A DNA stretch of 64,000 bases. It comes from Antedon mediterranea. Its lineage: Eukaryota > Animalia > Echinodermata. Numbering within the stretch: the stretch's first letter is position 1; each line of letters opens with the position of its first letter. The notes under the pieces are model-generated. The model was not told the DNA's origin. It ran no database searches and worked only from the letters and a program-made list of their open reading frames with translations. This document shows, one piece after another, positions 49,677 through 62,169 of the stretch. Location of the stretch: NCBI RefSeq assembly GCF_964355755.1, contig NC_092671.1, positions 18,352,001 to 18,416,000 of the forward strand, written 5' to 3'. The position numbers and the translations under genes were made by a program.

Positions 49677-50129
49677 GTTGGTCCAGACTCTTGTGTCTGT
49701 TGTTCAGGTTGTAATGACTGAACCGATTCTACATCAGAATCAGAATTCTATACCGGATATTGTTGTTGATTGTTTATCTGCAGCCATATTTTAAATCTGG
49801 ATAAGGTTTTGTTACTAGTTAATCGTAGTTACCGAGACGTTCACAAGTCTACTGTTCCAAATAAAATAATGTACTGTTCTTAAAACAATGTTTGTGTACT
49901 TACGATTAAACAAAGCGTTGCACCACGGCTTCCATAAAAGATCACAGTATCGTAAGCACCGCTTCCACAAAATATATCAATAAAAGTACAGTTGATCCTA
50001 AACCAGCCACCAATCTATGCCAAAATACAGTAGATCAAACGTACTGCTACCACAAAATAACACAACAGTAGATAAATCCACAGTTAAGTCGAACAGTAGA
50101 TCGAAATAACCACTGCCACCAATTAATTA

Positions 50130-51136
50130 TGTCACAAACTCCTCTTACGTATGTTTCCGAGCGGTTGAAAATACTTTAGGAACTCCCGTGTGACATAAAA
50201 GACTACACACAAAATCCAGAAAGTTGTAAAATAACTCAAAACAAAGCTTTAATTTCAATCAACTTCAACTTTCAACAACCCAGTAAGCACTTTAAACAGC
50301 AGTTTCACAATAACCTTTACAATCTAATATCCAACCTCTAATATCCAACAACCTTACAATAGTTTTACATCCCTTTATATACAAAATGTTCCTATCCTTC
50401 TAGATCATTCTTTATACTTCTTATTCTATGGGAGGGATTACAGTTTCTATTAATAGCACTTCTGAAATGTTCCTGATTTTTCTGATTAATTATACATGAT
50501 TTCTTAAATCAAAACATCTTATTCTAGAATGTTCATATTAAAGATGTATTGTCCCTTTGACTAATTAAACAATTTTTTTTTTAATTTTGAAAAAAAGGGG
50601 GTAATTTCTTATTATTATTAACTTTCACAAAAAATTAGTCGGAAAAAAAATTTAACCGAAATACAGAAGTTTTCAATCAAAACATATCTCATAATGCAAC
50701 GCGCTTGTTTGGCTACTCATATGCATAATCATAAAACTTCCTCGCAATCTGTGTGAAAACACCTTCTCAACCGTGACGAATTGTAAACAATCCTAATTAG
50801 CATCATGCATAATGCATACTCATGGTTTGAAATCTTTGTTTACTTTCGCTTGCGACGATTTCCCAGACGAAATGTAATCTAATTAATTTACCTGTTAATT
50901 ACGTAAACTTGTTGTTTTTGGCTCGAATTTTGGACTTAAAGTGAATAACTTTAATATTACTTTGATATGGCTAATTTAAATTTAGAATTTTTGTTTTTTT
51001 CATTTTTTTGTGTTTCAAGGGACAATACATCTTTAAGGAATGGTAATTTATTACATTAACATAATTATATTAACATTGTTTTTGTTTTAATCATCCATCC
51101 CATACATGTTTTCATTTTATGTTCATCTCTGTTACA
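50130..51136 (-). mobile_element. Probable solo LTR interrupted by a Kolobok-like MITE
   Basis: Minus strand TGTAACA...TGTGACA, TATATAAAGG, ATTAAA; no clean TSD. Confidence 0.5.
50542..51032. mobile_element. Kolobok-like MITE
   Basis: TTAA|AGATGTATTGTCCC...GGGACAATACATCT|TTAA; related ends near 30815, 33237, 39580, 62450-62572. Confidence 0.8.
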
Positions 51137-51772
51137 TTATTTAACTCTTAACAAATTTGTTTACAGCATATATATTTTTCTTATTTTTATTCGTAGTTAA
51201 TTTTCCAAATAAATACCAACATCACTTTAATTCTTCAACATCATAATTCAACTAATTTCTACTAATTCTATTTACATATATTTTATAGCATAACATATTT
51301 TAGTTTAAATTAATAACCTATTAACATATTTTATTAGATAAATCATGTATGATACCACCAAACGTTCGAGTTAAAATCAAAATTGTAAGACATTTGATTA
51401 ACAGGCAAATTGCCTTAAAATAACGTGACATGTATTACCGTATCATCAGAACAGAACTAAAGGCCTAGAGTACTTATAGGCTATACCGTACCAATTTGTC
51501 TTTTTCTGTTAGTATCAATTTCTTTACATATATTTTCATATACACTTTAAAGTTGTTTATAATCCTTCATTGATGATCCAACCCTTTTTTCTCATTTAGT
51601 TTACATAGCATTTGATACAGTTAACCCTATAATCATAAAATTCAGTGTATATAAATACTATATACATACATTACACACAAAAATACAAATATGTACCTAG
51701 AATCAGTTAAAACAAAACAAATAAAGAATTCAATGTATGGCCAAGAATGTATTCATGTATTTAGAATAAGGA

Positions 51773-52090
51773 TTATAATTTGTAACGACGGTAACTTAAG
51801 TCCAAGGTGTTGCCTTCAACAGTATTGTTAGCTATTCTTGTATGAAAATTAACCATTTGTCTAAAATCAAGCGACTCCATGGAGTAAAAAATAAGATGTT
51901 CAAACTTATTTACAAGATATTGTCTTTGGTGAAGAATATTAAAGTCCCCTAAAAGAATGATGGCTTTGTAGTGATGACTATTATCTAGCACTTCTTCCAT
52001 TGCATTTAAAAAGTTTTGTGTGTACAGCATAGGTGCATTAGGTGCAACATAAAATAAGCTCAATATGTTTGTAACAATAACTACATCCTA
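51773..52090 (-). pseudogene. APE endonuclease fragment of a LINE
   Basis: IILLGDFNI, QMVNFHTR, NTLDL motifs. Confidence 0.7.
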
Positions 52091-52319
52091 CATCCATAGT
52101 AGTATTCATGCACGTCAACTGGCTAGGCCCAGAGGAGGGCAATAAGAAGTATGGGTATGAGGATTCTATTCCCTGGTGTATATCATGGGTCGACACCGTT
52201 GCCACAGAGGCTATGCCTAGCCTAGACCTAGGTATAGTTCAGAAAAATAATATAAAAAGCGGTAGATATCCATCAAACTGTCCTCTTCTCTTAATTCTCT
52301 CTTATCTATAGTACTGTAA

Positions 52320-53720
52320 ACTTAATCATTTAGTTAATCTGACCATTTTTGGAAAAATAATTATCTTAAAGACGCTTGGCCTGTCGAAACTTGTTTATGT
52401 TGCAAGTATTATAGACACGCCTGAAAGTGTTCTAAAACGTGTTGATAACATAATTTTTGACTTTTTGTGGGATGGAAAAAGAGAAAAGGTTAAAAGAGTA
52501 GTTCTTATAAACGAATATGAAAGTGGTGGTGTTAAAGCGCCTGATTTCAGGTCACAGGTTAAATCTTTAAAAATATCTTGGCTTAAAAGGTTGTATAACA
52601 ATGAGGATTCAAAGGGGAAATGTCTGCCAAACACATATTTTAATAGAATAGGCCCAAAAGATATTATTGAAAACATATCATATATTGATAAGAAAAATGC
52701 TAGTTTTAAAGCCATACCCGATTTCTATAAATCTATACTATGTATTTTAGTCAAACTTAATAGTGGTATGACTAAACGTCAATTATGTTATGATGATATA
52801 TTGCAACTCTGGTATAACAAATGATTTTATACAAGGACATGTTATTATTTTTTAGGAACTGGATAAGGTCAGGTGTGTGAAATATTAAGGATATTGTAAT
52901 TGAGAATAGGTTCATTAACGCAAATGAATTACTTGATATGCTTAGGTATAAATCAAACTGGATTGCTGAATGGCAAATTGTATTAAACGCAATTCCAAAA
53001 GAATGGAAAGAGAAAATCTTTTTAAGGGATAAAAACCAAAAGCACTCAAAAACAACACACGTTCGATGTTTGAATATGAGTAGCAAACAAATATGTTTTT
53101 TCTTTATTAAGGAAAAATGTCTAGAACCATCCAAAAGTAAAACAAAATGGGAAACATATTTTAACATGGAGAACGATTGGTCTCTAACATGGAAAAGAAA
53201 AATTAAAGATATTAAAGATAATAAACTTAAACAGTTGAACATCAAACTATTGCATTGTATAACACCTACCAAAAGAAGGCTGTTAAAATGGAAAATAAGC
53301 AACACAGATACTTGCCTACAATGCAACGTAGTAGAGGATGATGCCCATTTCTTTTATGAATGCACTGAAGTAAAACCCTTATGGGAATATATTAACGTTT
53401 ACACCATGCACAAATTTGGGATCGAGGCAAATTATCGAAACATTGTACTAGGTACAGGAAACAAATATGTAGACCACATGTTCTCTATTGGATGCTTCTG
53501 CGTTTACAAGGCACATACTTTGAAAAATGTAAACAAATGGACCGGATCATTGACTCGTCTTTTTATGGCGGAAAAAAACAAAAGATCTTACCTTAACCAC
53601 CTATTATAATTTATATTGATGTGAATCTGATTATTTAAAATATATTACATAATAATGTTGTATAATACACATAGGCAGTTTCATTTTATCTTATATGAAA
53701 TATCAATTTAAAAAAAAAAT
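52320..53720 (+). mobile_element. L1/Tx1-like LINE 3' part (disrupted ORF2)
   Basis: GKIIILKTLGLSKLVY, FLWDGK, GGVKAPDF, ISWLKRL, CLQC..EDDAHFFYEC; poly-A at about 53710. Confidence 0.82.
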
Positions 53721-54120
53721 TGTATAAATTATTATTGAAAACAAAAAAGAAACGTAACGCAACATAAGTAACGCACGAGAAGATAAGCAAACAAATATAA
53801 CCACGAGACATAAAACTAGACACAGGAGTAAGAAAATCATTTTTAATATTTTTGGTTTTTTTTATATTCGTATTTTAAAATAATGTATATAATCTGTATA
53901 TAAATGAATTATATGTCAAAAAATACTACCGAAAATAACTATACAACATTAGTAAATGTATCTCCTACAGTACATTTATTAGTTAAGTGTTCACAATTTT
54001 AGATGTTGAGAATTATAGAACAAAAAAAAAATACTAGAAAATTATGAAAAAAGGTGGATAACAGAAAAGAAATATTAATGTTCTGATTCCAAGAACAGTA
54101 ACGTTGATAAAAATAAAAAA

Positions 54121-55082
54121 TATATTCTCCAGTCCACAGAACGTCTCAGGACTGTTTTTCCGGAACCACCCATTATTGCATTTCGTAGACCTCCCAACCT
54201 TCGTGATATATTAGTCAGATCCAAATTTAAGAGTGAAATTAACTCTCATGACAGCCAAAATTTGGGCAGTCACCTTTGCGGCAAATCTTGCAAAACTTGT
54301 TCATTGGTTGATTCTACTGAAAAATTTGAGAGTAACCAAACTGGCGGCATTTTTCGGATAAGACAATCAATTAATTGTCTAACCAAAAACGTCATTTATC
54401 TCATATACTGTAATATTTGTGGCAAACAGTACGTCGGAGAAACAAAAAACACTCTCCGTATGAGAATGACACAACATAGATCAGCTATCAAAACATTAAA
54501 GCTTGATCAACTTGTATCCGAACATTTTAATTCAGCTGGTCACTCGATTGCAAATTTCAGAGTTATTGCAATAGACCACGATGTCAAATGGAGCGACAAA
54601 ACTCGCAAAGACAAAGAAAACCACTGGGAATTACTACTTAAAACCACAAAACCTTTTGGACTTAACATTAGGAACATACTCCCAGATCGGTAAAATTATT
54701 CCATTGACTACCAACATTTAAGTTTCAATATTAACCACCATTTAAGCTGTTTTTTAGTCTCATTCCAAAATTGTTTATATCTCTACCAAGCTACCTTCTT
54801 TGTTTTCCACTCTTATTCAGACTCCACCCTGGCTCCCTTTGTTATATTTCTTTTATTCATGTCCACCCAGGCAGCACTTGCCAGCTTTATACTATGGCGT
54901 TATCCAAATTCCTTCACTTGCACTGATGAAGGGCTAGTGTTGCCCGAAAGCTCTGCTAACTTTTCTGGCTGTTTACTTTATCGTTTTGATTTAGCTTTTC
55001 GCTTTTTATTTTTGTATCTCCATTGAGATCCAGCCACTGATACCCACAGCATTGTCATTTTTCTCAGTAATTTGCCTTTGGA
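54121..55082 (+). mobile_element. Neptune-like Penelope element, 3' fragment (GIY-YIG)
   Basis: PIIAFRRPPNLRDILV, CGKSCKTC linker, NVIYLIYCNICGKQYVGET, VSEHF, PFGLN; hammerhead in 3' UTR; ends in TA. Confidence 0.88.
54920..54956 (+). ncRNA. Minimal type I hammerhead ribozyme
   Basis: GCA-CTGATGA-A-GGGC TAGTGTT GCCC-GAAA-GC-TC-TGC; loop-less palindromic stem III as in Penelope minimal hammerheads. Confidence 0.8.
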
Positions 55083-57180
55083 TATATATATATATTTATA
55101 TATATACAGGTATATATATAAACACAGTAGGCAAAGAACATTAATTCTGAACCGCCCGGTGATATACTGAAATTTAATTAATTAATTTGAAACGATAAAG
55201 ATGAGGAAATCTGTGAGAATGAGAAAAAGTCGCCCCAACCGAGACCCGAACTCGGACCGCCTGCTTGATATGCAGTTGCCCTAACCATTAGACCACTGGT
55301 CTAACCACATGGTATTGTTCAAACTCGATTGTATAGCGACTCTTTAACACTCTCGGCGTGGTACGGCGGAACAGCAATAGTCCTCAGTTGTACACACGCG
55401 CAACAGAGATCAAATTGATACGCCCTCATCTTACAGTATTTTTATTCACGAGGCGGGATCTCCGAAGAGATACTTTTATATATATAACCACAGTAGGCAA
55501 AGAACATTAATTCTGAACCGCCGGTGATATACTGAAATTTAATTAATTAATTTGAAACGATAAAGATGAGGAAATCTGTGAGAATGAGAAAAAGTCGCCC
55601 CAACCGAGACTCGAACTCGGACCGCCTGCTTGATATGCAGTTGCTCTAACCATTAGACCACTGGGGCTTTCATGGTATTGTTCAATCTCGATTGTATAGC
55701 GACTCTTTAACACTCTCGGCGTGGTACGGCGGAACAGCACTAGTCCTCAGTTGTACACACGCGCAACAGAGATCAAATTGATACGCCCTCATCTTACAGT
55801 ATTTTTATTCACGAGGCGGGATCTCCGAAGAGATACTTTTATATATATAAACACAGTAGGCAAAGAACATTAATTCTGAACCGCCCGGTGATATATTGAA
55901 ATTTAATTAATTAATTTGAAACGATAAAGATGAGGAAATCTGTGAGAATGAGAAAAAGTCGCTCCAACCGAGACTCGAACTCGGACCGCCTGCTTGATAT
56001 GCAGTTGCCCTAACCATTAGACGACTGGGGCTTTCATGGTATTGTTCAAACTCGATTGTATAGCGACTCTTTAACACTCTCGGCGTGGTACGGCGGAACA
56101 GCACTAGACCTCAGTTGTACACACGCGCAACAGAGATCAAATTGATACGCCCTCATCTTACAGTATTTTTATTCACAAGGCGGGATCTCCGAAGAGATAC
56201 TTTTATATATATAAACACAGTAGGCAAAGAAAATTAATTCTGAACCACCCGGTGATATACTGAAATTTAATTAATTAATTTGAAACGATAAAGATGAGGA
56301 AATTTGTGAGAATGAGAAAAAGTCGCCCCAACCGAGACTCGAACTCGGACCGCCTGCTTGATATGCAGTTGCCCTAACCATTAGACCACTGGGGCTTTCA
56401 TGGTATTGTTCAAACTCGATTGTATAGCGACTCTTTAACACTCTCGGCGTGGTACGGCGGAACAGCACTAGACCTCAGTTGTACACACGCGCAACAGAGA
56501 TCAAATTGATACGCCCTCATCTTACAGTATTTTTATTCACAAGGCGGGATCTCCGAAGAGATACTTTTATATATATAAACACAGTAGGCAAAGAAAATTA
56601 ATTCTGAACCACCCGGTGATATACTGAAATTTAATTAATTAATTTGAAACGATAAAGATGAGGAAATTTGTGAGAATGAGAAAAAGTCGCCCCAACCGAG
56701 ACTCGAACTCGGACCGCCTGCTTGATATGCAGTTGCCCTAACCATTAGACCACTGGGGCTTTCATGGTATTGTTCAAACTCGATTGTATAGCGACTCTTT
56801 AACACTCTCGGCGTGGTACGACGGAACAGCACTAGTCCTCAGTTGTACACACGCGCAACAGAGATCAAATTGATACGCCCTCATCTTACAGTATTTTTAT
56901 TCACGAGGCGGGATCTCCGAAGAGATACTTTTATATATATAACCACAGTAGGCAAAGAACATTAATTCTGAACCGCCGGTGATATACTGAAATTTAATTA
57001 ATTAATTTGAAACGATAAAGATGAGGAAATCTGTGAGAATGAGAAAAAGTCGCCCCAACCGAGACTCGAACTCGGACCGCCTGCTAATCTAAATACAATC
57101 GAGTTTGAACAATACCATGAAAGCCCTAGTGGTCTAATTGTTAGGGCAACTGTCTCGGTTGGGGCGACTTTTTCTCATTC

Positions 57181-60100
57181 AGGGAAATAGCGTTTGTGAC
57201 TATTTACTTGCGCCGTACGAAGAATTCAACAATATTTCCTTGTTGATAGACTAAAGTGTGGAGTCTTATCACATGCCGGTCAACTTTGAAATTAAAATTG
57301 AAAATACTGAATATAATAATCTTTATAATAATAGTAATGAAAATGATAATTTTAAAACGCTAAATAAATATCAATGGAAAGAAAACTATAAAGACACATT
57401 TAGGGCACGTTGGGAACATGAAACAGTCGAGAAGTTAGACAACAGTTTCATGAGCGCAATAATTCAAAACAAAATCGACGAGGCTGTAACATGTCTTCAA
57501 AAAACTTTTGAATACACTTGTAGCGGAATATCTAAAGTATTTACACATTTTACCGCTAATACCACTATTCAAAATGTTAAGAAAACAAATAACTGGTTTG
57601 ATCGCGAATGCCTTACTTTAAAAAAAGATTTAAAAAAGAATTGAATAAAGCTTTAGCTTTAAGAAATAACGATCAACAGAATTCATTTAATAATTATATC
57701 AAACTTAAAAAGGAATACAAAAAACAATAAGACAAAAGAAATATAACCATCAAAAACAAAAACGTGACGAAATCTTAATAGCAGCCAGTAATAGGAGCTC
57801 AAAACAATTTTGGTCAAAATTAAAAACTCATAAACAAACAATAACTTCTGAAATAACAATTAACGAATGGCGAGATCATTTCCAATCACTGTTTGAACCC
57901 CCCGAGCCAGTTAACAAAGTTACAGACGAAATAGTACATAACATTGTTAACGAAAACGATAACCTCAATTCAGAAATTGACTTGGGTGAAATCAAACAAG
58001 CATTGAAAATGCAGAAATCAGGAAAATCTCCTGGTATGGATGGTATGTTTTTAGAATATATCTTAAATGCACCCAATTTATTATTTGATAATCTAAAACT
58101 TATTTTTAATTCAATTTTTCAGTTTGGCCAATTCCCAACACAATGGGCGACGAGCATGATAATTCCTATTTACAAAAAGGGCAAAAAGAATAAGCCAGAA
58201 AATTACAGAGGCATTGCTCTTATTCCGATACTTGGCAAAATGTTGTTACACATCCTTAAATCAAGATTAGACCACTTCACTGAAAATAACAACATTATTT
58301 ATCAAGAGCAAGCAGGTTTTCGTAAGGGTTTTTGCACATTCGACAATATTTTATTTTAAATAGTATCATTGCAAAATATTTAAGTAAAAAACGAGGTAGG
58401 GTATTCTGCTGTTTCATTGATCTCAAGCGTGCCTTCGATAGTATAAATCATAGTTTTCTTTTACTTAAATTAAAACGAATAGGTGTAAATGGTAATATGT
58501 ACAATATAATTCAGTCTATGTATAACAATTTGTCTGCACATGTAAAAATTGGTAACAAAGTGACATTTCCATTTGACTGTTCTATTGGAATACAACAAGG
58601 TTCACCTTTATCCTCTTTACTTTTCAACATATTTATGAATGATTTAAGTTATGATCTAAATCAGAGTAGAGATAGAGACAAAATACAAGTTGAAGACAGC
58701 TTTATCAATCATTTATTATACGCTGATGATTTAGTATTATTTGGAGATACGGTAAGGGGCTTACAAATTTTAATAAATAAACTCGAAATTTTTTGTGACA
58801 CATGGGGTCTCAGTGTAAACATAAATAAATAAAAAATAATGGTATTTAAAAAGGGTGGGAAACTAAAATATTTTGAAAAATGGTATTACAGGAATATTCA
58901 AATGGAGGTTGTTACGACTTATAATTATTTAGGAGTGGAATTTAGTTCAAATGGCCAGTGGAACAAAGCACTTGAATATAATTGTCAAAAAGCAAACAAC
59001 GCGTTATTTTCCGTTAAATCTTTTATTAGTCGAAATATGAAATATTTACCAGAAAATACATGGAATTATATTTTTGACACAAAAATATTACCAATTTTAA
59101 TTTACGGCAGTGAAATATGGGGGTTTTCTAACCAAATAATTATTAATAATTTCCACACGCGTTTTGCGAGGTTTATTTTGAACATTGGAAAAAGTGCCCC
59201 TAGCGCAGCCGTAACTACAGAATTAGGCAGAGTTTCCTTGCATGTCGATTGTTTAATTTCAATTATTCGTTTTTGGTTGCATATTATTGACATGGATAAA
59301 AATAGATTTATTTTTAAATGTTACAGTTTTCAGTTAAGAAAAATTAACATAAATGAATATTGCTGGGCTAGTCAGGTAAAACATTTACTTTGTTCAACCG
59401 GCTTTGGTTATGTTTGGTACAAACAAAATTGCATCTTCACAAATTTCTCAAAGTCTTGCCTTTTTGTTTAACTGGTCATTAAGATCTGGTGTTATTCCAA
59501 GTGAATGGAAATGTGCTAAGGTTACTCCGCTTTATAAAGGAGGATGTAAACATGAACTTAACAACTACCGTCCAATATCTGTTATACCTATTGCTATGAA
59601 AGTTTTTGAAAGATGCATCCATAATCAAGTTATGAATCATATAAATGAGTTTAATTTATTATGTAAAAATCAATCTGGTTTTAGGTCGTTACATTCAACT
59701 TCTACTACACTGATAGATGTATGCAATTATATATATAAAAATATTGATAATGGCTTGGTAACTGGAGCAATTTTTCTTGACCTAAAAAAGGCGTTTGATA
59801 CGGTAGACCACGATATTTTATTACGTAAATTATGCACCTTTGGAATGATAAACACTGAGCTTGCATGGTTCAGTAATTATTTAAAAAATCGCAAACAATT
59901 TGTTAATTTTAATGGAAAAAAATCTGAAATTTTAAATGTCAACTATGGGGTACCACAAGGCTCAATTCTTGGCCCTTTGTTGTTTATTTTATACATAAAT
60001 GACTTACATGATAGTGTTGATGGGATTTGTAAAACAGTCCTCTATGCAGACGACACTGCGCTTTTTTATGCATGTAAATCAAATGAAGAGCTTACAACAG

Positions 60101-61671
60101 TTTTAACTGAACAGTTGGAAAATGTAAAACAATGGTTAGATAAACATAAATTAACTCTAAACATTGATAAAACCAAATACATGCTTTTTGGTACTCATGC
60201 ACGTGTTAATAAAACAACAGATGAAACAGCAATTCCGATTGAGAAAGTTGAAACGTTTAAATATTTGGGACTTACATTTGATGAACAACTCTCATGGAAA
60301 GTACATATTGATTCTATATGTGCAAAACTATCAAAAATTCTACATCTATTTTATAGATTGAAAAGTTTTACATCTCCTAAAATTATTAAAAGATTATACA
60401 ATGCTCTATTTTTATCACATATTGACTATTGTTCAACAGTCTGGGGTACTGGTTCAAACGCCCATATTTTAAAATTGCAAAGGGTACAAAATAGAGCTGC
60501 ACGATTAATACTAGGTGCTGATATTCGAACTCCTGTTAGACAAATGCATTATGATTTAGGTTGGCTAACAATTAAGACAAGAATTGAATATCATACAATT
60601 TGTACAATATTTAGATGTTTACAAGAATCTGTACCTTCATACTTATGTAATGTTTTGCAATATATTAGTAGTGTACACAATATTCAAACCAGAAACTATG
60701 AAAACAATCTGTTGTATTTGCCCAGATGTAACCTCGAAATATACAAACGTAGTTTTGTTTATTATGGAAGTTCACTCTGGAATGGCCTACCTTATGAATT
60801 AAGAAAACAAAACAATTATAACCGTTTTAAATCACTTGTTAAGATTCATTTATTGTTGCCGGTGGTCTAGGATGGTTCCAGTGAAATATATTTAAATATG
60901 GTATAAAAGTATAATAATAATGAGAACATGCATTGAAGTTTAGTTTTAGTTTAAGTTTTAGTTTAAGTTTAGTTTAAGTTGTTTTCAAATTTTGTTTAAA
61001 TGTGCCGTAGGGCCCCTCGGAAGAGCAGTTTTATTTCATTACTGAAAGGGCTACCCTACTAAAAGAAAACGAAATAAATAAATAAATAAATCAAATGATT
61101 GAAGACAAGAAATTATTTATTAAAGAATTTAAATTACGACTGATTGATTTAGAAAAACAAAAATATTTTGAACAATTTTCTTTACATTCAAAACTAAAAT
61201 ATTTTAAGTATTTTAAAACGAAAATTGAAATAAGTTATCATTTGTTACACTTAAAAGATTGGAAACGTAAAAATATATTCACAAAATTTTGTTTAGGAGT
61301 GTTAGATTTGGAAATAGAAAAAGGAAGATGGAACAAAATCCCACTTCAAAACCGTTTATGTAAATTATGCAATATGAATTCTATTGATGACGAATTTCAT
61401 TTTATGTTAGTCTGTCCATATTATTCCGAACTCAGAAACTTATATATTCCTAATTTTTATCACACGTTCCCTTGTTTAAATAAGTTTTATTTTTTAATGT
61501 GCAACACTAGAGTAGTCCAAGATTTAGCAAATTTTGTTTATTTAGCTTACGAAAATAGAAAATATTATTTTGCAACCCAACAAGAAAATATTATTGTATG
61601 ATTTGTATGTAAGATATAAGGGCCAGAGGCCTAAATATTGTGGAAATAAAACCCCGTTAGGGGAACGAACG
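57181..61671 (+). mobile_element. RTE-X-like LINE, 5'-truncated within the APE domain, with stops and frameshifts; split by a nested LINE
   Basis: GNSVCDY..SYHMP, KSPGMDG, NYRGIAL, QAGFRKG, FIDLKRAFDS, QGSPLSSLLF, LLYADD; WYKQ rejoins MIEDK across the insertion; zinc finger; tail AACGAACG. Confidence 0.85.
59428..61091 (+). mobile_element. L2/Crack-like (CR1 group) LINE nested in the RTE-X element; RT frame intact to 60870
   Basis: NYRPISV, QSGFR, FLDLKKAFDTVDH, GVPQGSILGPLLF, YADD; 3' stem GTAGGG...CCCTAC and (AAAT)n; CAAA on both sides. Confidence 0.88.
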
Positions 61672-62006
61672 ATATCAAGCAGGCGGTCCGAGTTCGAGTC
61701 TCGGTTGGGGCGACTTTTTCTCATTCTCACAGATTTCCTCATCTTTATCGTTTCAAATTAATTAATTAAATTTCAGTGTATCACCGGGCGGTTCAGAATT
61801 AATGTTCTTTGCCTACTGTGTTTATATATATATATAAGTATCTCTTCGGAGATCCCGCCTCGTGAATAAAAATACTGTAAGATGAGGGCGTATCAATTTG
61901 ATCTCTGTTGCGCGTGTGTACAACTGAGGACTAGTGCTGTTCCGCCGTACCACGCCGAGAGTGTTAAAGAGTCGCTATACAATCGAGTTTGAACAATACC
62001 ATGAAA

Positions 62007-62078
62007 GCCCCAGTGGTCTAATGGTTAGGGCAACTGCATATCAAGCAGGCAGTCCGAGTTCGAGTCTCGGTTGGGGCG
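62007..62078 (+). tRNA. tRNA-like core (tRNA-Arg-like 5' half, ATC in anticodon position); representative of array 2
   Basis: GCCCCAG/TTGGGGC acceptor, perfect T arm CCGAG-TTCGAGT-CTCGG, then ACTTTTT; atypical anticodon loop ATATCAA. Confidence 0.65.
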
Positions 62079-62120
62079 ACTTTTTCTCATTCTCACAGAT
62101 TTCCTCATCTTTATCGTTTC

Positions 62121-62169
<49 letters not shown>

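Larger units (their letters stand above)
55120..62125. repeat. 364-bp tandem array of tRNA-containing units: left arm minus (55120-57085), right arm plus (57093-57180 and 61672-62125), split by nested LINEs; TA flanks
   Basis: Cores at 55231 (altered 5' end), 55596-55667, 55960-56031, 56324-56395, 56688-56759 (minus) and 62007-62078 (plus); units separated by short TATATA. Confidence 0.93.
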
